Of a DNA stretch of 64,000 nt, positions 57,855-64,000 are shown piece after piece (the stretch's first letter is position 1; each line of letters begins with the position of its first letter). A model generated the notes under the pieces. The model did not search any database and was not told where the DNA came from. It saw nothing but the letters and a program-made list of their open reading frames with translations. The stretch is from a bacterium. GTDB taxonomy: Bacteria; Patescibacteriota; Minisyncoccia; UBA6257; UBA9933. Where the stretch lies: assembly GCA_021796335.1 (NCBI GenBank), contig JAJYHZ010000002.1, positions 100,516 through 164,515 of the forward strand, given 5' to 3'. Both the position numbers and the translations under genes were made by a program.

Positions 57855-58238
57855 ATGAATAAATTAGAAACAGGAAATAAAGGGGAAGATCTGGCCTGTA
57901 AATATTTAAAAGAAAAGGGCTATAGAATTATTGAAAGAAATTTCAGACTTCCCTGGGGAGAGATTGATATTATTGCCAAGGCGCCCAACAAAACAGTTGC
58001 CTTTGTGGAAGTTAAGACTATGTATAATAATTCCTGCATAGGATCGGAAATATGTTTGATGCCGGAAGACCAGTTAAGCGATTCAAAATTAAGGAAATTC
58101 AAACGGATTGCCGAAGAGTATGCGAATGAATTTCCAGTAATAATTGATGATGCGGCTGGCTGGCGCTTGGATTTAATTGCGATTTCATTAAATGACAAAA
58201 AAAATTCGATAAGGCATTACGAAAATATTGATTTATAA
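57855..58238 (+). CDS. YraN/UPF0102 family endonuclease-like protein
   Basis: GEDLA..YL..KGY.IIERN, GEIDIIA, FVEVKT and WRLDLIAI. Confidence 0.9.
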   Translation: MNKLETGNKGEDLACKYLKEKGYRIIERNFRLPWGEIDIIAKAPNKTVAFVEVKTMYNNSCIGSEICLMPEDQLSDSKLRKFKRIAEEYANEFPVIIDDAAGWRLDLIAISLNDKKNSIRHYENIDL

Positions 58239-58253
58239 AAAAGAAAGGCGGCA

Positions 58254-58613
58254 TCATGTGCCGCCGTTTATCACCTCAAAAAGTTTGCTAAACTCAAGGG
58301 GTTTATAAAGAATATTAATATCTTTCATATTTAATCTCCCCTTGTTTATTTCCTCGATACACCAATCTGGTTTCCCAGTCATTAAGGCAAATTTTATCCA
58401 TGGCCGGACTTGTGCTACATACGCCAAAACATCAAGTCCGTCTCTCTTCGGCATTTCCAGATCGGTTAAAACAAAATCAAAATCATGCTGCCTAAAGGCA
58501 TTAATTCCCTCCTCTCCATCGGCAGCTGTTATTACCTCCCAGCCGGCCATTTCAAAAAAATCGCGCAATACCTCGACATTAATTGGCCTGTCATCAACAA
58601 CTAAAATTCTCAA
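58254..58613 (-). CDS. Stand-alone response regulator receiver
   Basis: ILVVDD, TDLEMP..DG, MTG and KP; AAAGGAG SD with TTG start. Confidence 0.88.
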   Translation of the reverse strand: MRILVVDDRPINVEVLRDFFEMAGWEVITAADGEEGINAFRQHDFDFVLTDLEMPKRDGLDVLAYVAQVRPWIKFALMTGKPDWCIEEINKGRLNMKDINILYKPLEFSKLFEVINGGT

Positions 58614-58674
58614 AGAATTCTCCTTTCCTGTTTTAAATCGGCTTTAAATAAAGCTGGCACTATCCTATCAATAT

Positions 58675-59124
58675 TTATTTAATTTGTAAAATGCGTTCTG
58701 TCTCTTTTTTACCGTAATCCAGATAAATAAGGATTTTGTTTTTGGGAATAATTTTGGATATTTTTTCCGGCCATTCTATAAGAATGATGTTTTGCGGATC
58801 GGAAATTATTTTTTTAAAATTTAAATCCAATATTTCTTTCGGATTTTTTATGCGATACGCATCTATATGGTGAATATTTTTATAACCTGAAGATCGAAGT
58901 TTATAGCTCTTCATGATTACAAAAGTGGGAGAGGTGATTTTTGATTTTATTCCGAGCCCTCGCATAAATCCCTGGATAAAAGTTGTTTTTCCGGCGCCAA
59001 GATTGCCCTTAAATAGAATAATCAGGGCCTGATCTTCAAAAATTTTTTTTTTGGCAATTTCAGATGCAAATATCTTTGCGACTTCTTGAGTGTGGACGGA
59101 AGAAATAGTTCGAATTTTTGCCAT
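58675..59124 (-). CDS. tsaE: tRNA threonylcarbamoyladenosine biosynthesis ATPase
   Basis: GNLGAGKTTF, TSPTF, HIDAYR and IEWPE. Confidence 0.94.
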   Translation of the reverse strand: MAKIRTISSVHTQEVAKIFASEIAKKKIFEDQALIILFKGNLGAGKTTFIQGFMRGLGIKSKITSPTFVIMKSYKLRSSGYKNIHHIDAYRIKNPKEILDLNFKKIISDPQNIILIEWPEKISKIIPKNKILIYLDYGKKETERILQIK

Positions 59125-59172
59125 TAGTTTAAGTTTAGCAAAAACCCCGCCATTTTGAAGGGCGGGGCAAGT

Positions 59173-59520
59173 TTATTTCTTTGCAATTATCAGCGCCGTA
59201 TTAAAACTTAACATCTTTAGATAAACTTTGAACCCTATATTTTTGAGCCATTCAATCTGGTCTTCCACTGGCGCTAAATCGTTTAAGTTATAATGATGAT
59301 GCGCCCATTCTTCTAGGGTTTTTTTATCTGTAGATTTTTCCACAAGGTGGTGAAAATGTAAGGCTTGATTTAAAGCTGCTTTTTTGGGATTTTTATAGGT
59401 CATTAGATCGCCGAAAATAAATACTCCTTTTGGTTTTAATAAAGAATATATTTTCTTAAACAGAAACTGCTTGCCTTTATGATTTTGATGATGAATACCA
59501 ATTACAGAAACCTTTCTCAT
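59173..59520 (-). pseudogene. C-terminal half of a class I SAM methyltransferase
   Basis: IHH...K..LFKKIYSLLKPKGVFIFGD and WLKNIGF; SAM-binding motif I is absent. Confidence 0.62.
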
Positions 59521-59733
59521 GATTCATTAAAAAATAATGATGCGGATAAATCATTATTAAGGGAGGTAAAATTTTTACCAGAAAAATATAAATTTAAAAG
59601 TACAATAGATATTTTTAAAGATAAAGTTTTAATAATAAGTCCTGAAATAAGCTCGCTTGCAGTTGTATTGGAAGTCCCAGCAATGGTAGATGTTTTTAAG
59701 TCTGTTTTTGAAATAACTTGGGACACTTTGTAA
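59518..59733 (+). pseudogene. C-terminal fragment of a TrmB-like regulator
   Basis: DKSLLREVKFLP..F.STIDIFKDKVLIIS...AVVLE......FKSVFE..W; HTH domain is absent. Confidence 0.58.
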
Positions 59734-59815
59734 AAAGCTGAGTGGATAATCTAAAAATCCGCCTTGGCGGATTTTTAGTTATAGATTCTTCGCAAAGTTC
59801 AGAATGGCACACTTA

Positions 59816-60334
59816 TTAACGTTTGCCCCATTGCGGCGCTCGTCTTGCTTTTTTCTTTCCGAATTTCTTTCTTTCAACAATTCGGGCATCTCGGGTGAGT
59901 AATCCAAGTTTTCTTAATCTTTTTTTGAAAATCGGATTGAATTCGATTAAGGCTCTGGCAATTCCGAGTTTGGCAGCTTCCGATTGTGCCGATAGTCCGC
60001 CGCCATTTATTTTAATAACAGCCCCAAGTTTGTCGGTCAGCTTCATTTTTTCTATCGGACTGACGACTTCTTTTTGCTGCCTAATTATCGTGAAATATTG
60101 GTTTAGCGGTCTTTCATTAACCACGAAAGTCTGGTTTTTGGTAAAAAGCCTGACCCGGGCAACCGCGCTTTTCCTTCGGCCGACCGCTTCAAAATATTTT
60201 TCTTTTCTGTGGTGGACAATATGTTTTTTTGCCTGTTCTTCTTTTCCTTCGGCTGTCTCGGTTTTTTCTTCAGCGCCTTTCGGTTCCACGGTTTTCGGTT
60301 CTTTTTTGGTTTTTGTGGTAATTTTATCCGGCAT
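59816..60334 (-). CDS. rpsI: 30S ribosomal protein S9
   Basis: GRRKSAVARVRL, GGGLSAQ and ERKKFGKKKARRAPQWGKR. Confidence 0.97.
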   Translation of the reverse strand: MPDKITTKTKKEPKTVEPKGAEEKTETAEGKEEQAKKHIVHHRKEKYFEAVGRRKSAVARVRLFTKNQTFVVNERPLNQYFTIIRQQKEVVSPIEKMKLTDKLGAVIKINGGGLSAQSEAAKLGIARALIEFNPIFKKRLRKLGLLTRDARIVERKKFGKKKARRAPQWGKR

Positions 60335-60335
60335 C

Positions 60336-60680
60336 TTATTTTTCTATTACTAAATTTTTAATTCTGATATTTTGCAATTTGTTTTTAGGAAGCATTCGAA
60401 GGACTGCCCGGCGGAGCGCCTCTTCTTTTCCTTTTTTCTCAACAACTTCTTGATATGTTTCTTCTTTTAAGTGACCCATATAACCGGTATGGCGGAAATA
60501 AATCTTTTGAGTCTCTTTTCTGCCACTGATAGTCATTCTGTCAATATTTTTGATAATTACCTTGTTTTCTCCGGCAAGCCTTGGTTCGTAATTCGGGCTG
60601 GTTTTTCCTTGTAAAATAACCGCCACTTCACTGGCCAGTCTTCCCAAATTTTTATTTGTCGCATCAATGACGTGTTCCAT
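60336..60680 (-). CDS. rplM: 50S ribosomal protein L13
   Basis: IDAT..LGRLAS, YFRHTGY.G.LK and AVLRMLPKNKL. Confidence 0.96.
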   Translation of the reverse strand: MEHVIDATNKNLGRLASEVAVILQGKTSPNYEPRLAGENKVIIKNIDRMTISGRKETQKIYFRHTGYMGHLKEETYQEVVEKKGKEEALRRAVLRMLPKNKLQNIRIKNLVIEK

Positions 60681-60737
60681 AATTTCTTAAAATAGCCTTA
60701 TGACAATACCAAAAAAATAACCGTTTAGTCAATACTT

Positions 60738-62882
60738 TTACTGTTTTTTCCCTTCTACGATTTGCTGAGTAATGTTGCCTGGAACTTCTTCGTAGTGATC
60801 AAATTCCATACTGAAACTGCCGCGTCCTTGGGTCATAGAACGAAGTTTGGTGGCATATCCAAACATTTCGGAAAGCGGAACCTTACAATCAATAACCTTA
60901 ATATTGGCGCGGTCATTCATGGCTTCGATTCTGCCTCTCTTTGAATTCAAATCACCAGTCACATCGCCCAAAAATTCGGCCGGAGCAATAACCTGAACTT
61001 TCATAATAGGCTCCATTAGAATCGGCTTTGCCCGCTTAGCAGCTTCCTGGAAAGCCATGGCACCGGCAATTTTAAAAGCCATTTCGGACGAATCAACTTC
61101 ATGGAAAGACCCATCATAAAGAGCAACTTCAACATCAGTCATCGGAAAGCCGGCGACAACACCTTTATCCAAAGCTTCTTTGACGCCTTTTTCAACAGCA
61201 GGAATAAATTCCTGAGGAATGGCGCCTCCTTTGATTTGATTGACGAAAACAAATCCTTTACCGCCCTCCAACGGCTTAACCTTGAGCCAAGCATGGCCGT
61301 ATTGGCCGCGTCCGCCCGACTGCCTGACATATTTTCCTTCCGCCTCAGCCTCGCCTTTAATAGTTTCGCGATAAGCAACCTGTGGCCGGCCGGTATTGGC
61401 TTCAACATTAAACTCCCTTTTCATGCGATCAACGAGAATTTCCAGGTGAAGTTCACCCATGCCACCGATAATAGTATCGCCTGTTTCATGATCGGTCGAG
61501 ATTTTGAAGGTCGGATCTTCTTCCGCCAGCCTTCTCATGGCAATACCCATTTTTTCCTGATCGGCTTTGGTTTTCGGTTCGATGCGAACGGAAATAACCG
61601 GCTCGGGGAAAGTAATTTTCTCCAAAACAATCGGACTGGCCGGATCGCAAAGCGTATCCCCGGTTGAAGTGTTTTTTAACCCGACAATAGCGCCCAAATC
61701 TCCGGCATACATTTCTTCAACCTCTTCGCGTTTGTTTGAGTGCATTCGGACAATGCGCCCGATTCTTTCCTGCTCGCCTTTGGTTGAGTTTAAAATGTAA
61801 GTTCCTTTTTTAAGAACGCCGCCGTAAACGCGGAAATAAGTAAGGTTCCCGACAAACGGATCGGTCGCAATTTTAAAAGCCAGAGCCGTCAAAGGTTCGG
61901 AATCATTTGGCTGGCGAATGATTTCTGCTTCAGTTTTCGGATCAGTCCCTTTAATCGGTTTAATTTCTTCGATATCAAGAGGGGACGGGAGATAATCCAA
62001 GACAGCATCAAGCATTAATTGAACTCCTTTGTTTTTCAGAGCAGAACCGCAAAGAACCGGGATTAATTCAGTACTGGTTGTTGCTTTTCTTAAAGTTTTC
62101 CTGATGTCGTTAGCAGGAATCTCTTCGCCAGCCAAATATTTTTCCATTAAGGCTTCATCTTTTTCAACGACTTTTTCTATTAATTCAGTTCTTGTTTTTT
62201 CGGCTTCAGATTTCAAATCAGCGGGGATTTCTTTTTCGGTAATTTTTTCACCATGTTCACCTTCAAAGAAATAAGCCTTCATTTCAATTAAATCAATGAC
62301 GCCTTCAAAATTCGCTTCTGCGCCAATCGGCATCTGAACGGCAATGGCATTAGGGGTTAACCTTTCTTTAATGGAGTTAAATGAAAAATTAAAGCTGGCA
62401 CCCATGCGATCAAGCTTATTTATGAAACAAATTCTCGGAACGCGATATTTGTCGGCTTGATGCCAAACGGTCTCCGACTGAGGTTCAACTCCGGCAACGC
62501 CATCGAAAACAACAACACCCCCGTCAAGAACGCGCAAAGATCTTTCCACTTCAACGGTAAAATCAACGTGCCCCGGAGTATCAATAATATTAATACGATA
62601 TTCTCCTTCTTTGCGAATAATTTGCTTTTCGTCGTCATCTTTTGCCCTTGATAAATCGCGAGTCGAGGTCCAAAAGCAGGTGGTAGCGGCGGAAGTTATG
62701 GTAATACCGCGCTCTCTTTCCTGTTCCATCCAGTCCATAACAGCTGCACCTTCATGGACTTCGCCAATTTTATGAGAAATTCCGGTATAAAAAAGCACAC
62801 GTTCACTTACTGTGGTCTTACCGGCATCGATATGGGCTATTATGCCTATATCGCGATATTTTTCTATTGGATATTGACGCAT
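60738..62882 (-). CDS. fusA: Elongation factor G
   Basis: [29 protein letters not shown] and QSGGRGQYG. Confidence 0.98.
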   Translation of the reverse strand: MRQYPIEKYRDIGIIAHIDAGKTTVSERVLFYTGISHKIGEVHEGAAVMDWMEQERERGITITSAATTCFWTSTRDLSRAKDDDEKQIIRKEGEYRINIIDTPGHVDFTVEVERSLRVLDGGVVVFDGVAGVEPQSETVWHQADKYRVPRICFINKLDRMGASFNFSFNSIKERLTPNAIAVQMPIGAEANFEGVIDLIEMKAYFFEGEHGEKITEKEIPADLKSEAEKTRTELIEKVVEKDEALMEKYLAGEEIPANDIRKTLRKATTSTELIPVLCGSALKNKGVQLMLDAVLDYLPSPLDIEEIKPIKGTDPKTEAEIIRQPNDSEPLTALAFKIATDPFVGNLTYFRVYGGVLKKGTYILNSTKGEQERIGRIVRMHSNKREEVEEMYAGDLGAIVGLKNTSTGDTLCDPASPIVLEKITFPEPVISVRIEPKTKADQEKMGIAMRRLAEEDPTFKISTDHETGDTIIGGMGELHLEILVDRMKREFNVEANTGRPQVAYRETIKGEAEAEGKYVRQSGGRGQYGHAWLKVKPLEGGKGFVFVNQIKGGAIPQEFIPAVEKGVKEALDKGVVAGFPMTDVEVALYDGSFHEVDSSEMAFKIAGAMAFQEAAKRAKPILMEPIMKVQVIAPAEFLGDVTGDLNSKRGRIEAMNDRANIKVIDCKVPLSEMFGYATKLRSMTQGRGSFSMEFDHYEEVPGNITQQIVEGKKQ

Positions 62883-63034
62883 AAAATAGTAATTAGAAAT
62901 TGGTGGTTAGTAATTAGAGAAATTATTAAGTCCCAGCTTTCTAATTATTTTTAAAAAGACTACGGCTTACGGACTACCAACTACGGCAACATAAAATCCG
63001 TAGTCGGCAGACTATAGTCAGTAGTCATAATTAG

Positions 63035-63502
63035 TTACCGGGCGAAGTGAGCAAATGCACGATTGGCTTCGGCCATTCTGTGGACATTTTGCTTTTTCTT
63101 AATGGCCGCACCTTCGTTTTTATATGCGGCAATGATCTCTTCTGCTAATTTATCAGCCATTGGTTTGCCTTTTTTGGCAGTGGCAGCCTCAATAATCCAG
63201 TTGCAACCCAAAAAAAATCTTCTTTCGGGCCGTACTTCTCGGGGAACCTGATAGTTGGCTCCGCCAACTCGTTTTGAAACGACCTCAATTAACGGCGAAA
63301 CGTTTTCAAGAGCTTTTTCAAAAACCGTTATAGGATCTGATTCGGTTTCTTTTTGGATTTTGTTGAAAGCCTTATAGAGAACTTTTTCGGCAACGGATTT
63401 TTCGCCGTTTTTCATTAAGTAGTTAACAAAGCGGCCGAGCGCAACGGAATTGAATTGGACGTCCGGATTATGTTCTTTTTTATATTTTCTTTTTCTTCTC
63501 AT
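63035..63502 (-). CDS. rpsG: 30S ribosomal protein S7
   Basis: RVGGANYQVP and HRMAEANRAFAHF. Confidence 0.97.
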   Translation of the reverse strand: MRRKRKYKKEHNPDVQFNSVALGRFVNYLMKNGEKSVAEKVLYKAFNKIQKETESDPITVFEKALENVSPLIEVVSKRVGGANYQVPREVRPERRFFLGCNWIIEAATAKKGKPMADKLAEEIIAAYKNEGAAIKKKQNVHRMAEANRAFAHFAR

Positions 63503-63605
63503 TTAAATAAAGAAATAAATTTTCACAAATTAAGGACAAATTTTTGCAAATCACGAATTTTACTTTGTGTTTTACATTTATTTATTTCTTATCTGCGATT
63601 ATTTA

Positions 63606-64000
63606 TTATTTTTTAGCTTTCTTGGCGCCGTATTTGCTGCGCTCCTGTTTTCTATTGGAAACTCCGGCGGCATCCAAAACTCCTCTTACAATGTGATATC
63701 GGACACCGGGAAGGTCTTTAACTCTTCCGCCCCGCAACATAACGACAGAGTGTTCCTGTAAATTATGCCCCATTCCCGGAATGTAAGCGGTAACCTCCAT
63801 TCCATTGGTCAATCTGACCCTGGCAACTTTTCGAAGGGCCGAGTTTGGTTTTTTCGGGGTGGTTGTGAAAACTTTCAAGCAAACGCCGCGTTTAAAAGGG
63901 GAATCGGAATTAACCGGCCTATTTTTAATAGTATTAAAATAAAGCCCCATGGCGGGAGATTTGGATTTTTTAGATCCTGTTTTTCTATTTTTTTTGATCA
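63606..64000 (-). CDS. rpsL: 30S ribosomal protein S12 (start outside window)
   Basis: [17 protein letters not shown] and [10 protein letters not shown]; the frame stays open to the window edge ([17 protein letters not shown]...). Confidence 0.97.
   Translation of the reverse strand, partial: IKKNRKTGSKKSKSPAMGLYFNTIKNRPVNSDSPFKRGVCLKVFTTTPKKPNSALRKVARVRLTNGMEVTAYIPGMGHNLQEHSVVMLRGGRVKDLPGVRYHIVRGVLDAAGVSNRKQERSKYGAKKAKK

Noticed and set aside
59823-63761. + strand ORFs opposite rpsI, fusA, rpsG and rpsL
   Set aside because: Antisense shadows of conserved genes.

Overview
This window looks like a Patescibacteria/CPR (Parcubacteria-like) chromosome segment. It is AT-rich, uses the standard genetic code and has most genes on the - strand. 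Housekeeping genes include pnp (partial), rpsO, secG, rnj, trpS, trmD, holA, gatA/C, tatD, metG, rpmB, pyrD, ndk, aspS, a split comEC, rplS, rpsA, gyrA, a Xer-type recombinase, tsaE and rpsL-rpsG-fusA-rplM-rpsI. There are also five tRNAs (four Leu, one Pro), three VirB2-like pilins and many monocistronic orphan genes. The most notable signals are non-coding: (1) two tandem, covarying, ~125-nt rod-shaped RNA genes with their own promoters, resembling miniature 6S RNAs (31130-31596); (2) a ~51-bp-periodic array of parS sites, each nested in its own perfect 34-38 bp palindrome, next to the Xer recombinase gene (57069-57836); (3) several families of 34-bp palindromes, one coupled to an oriented DnaA-box 9-mer and one flanking a PaaX/Cas2-like gene; (4) REP-like repeats inserted in frame into trpS and transketolase; (5) an upstream ORF that repeats the TrmD N-terminus. 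All calls come from reading the sequence; no database searches were run.
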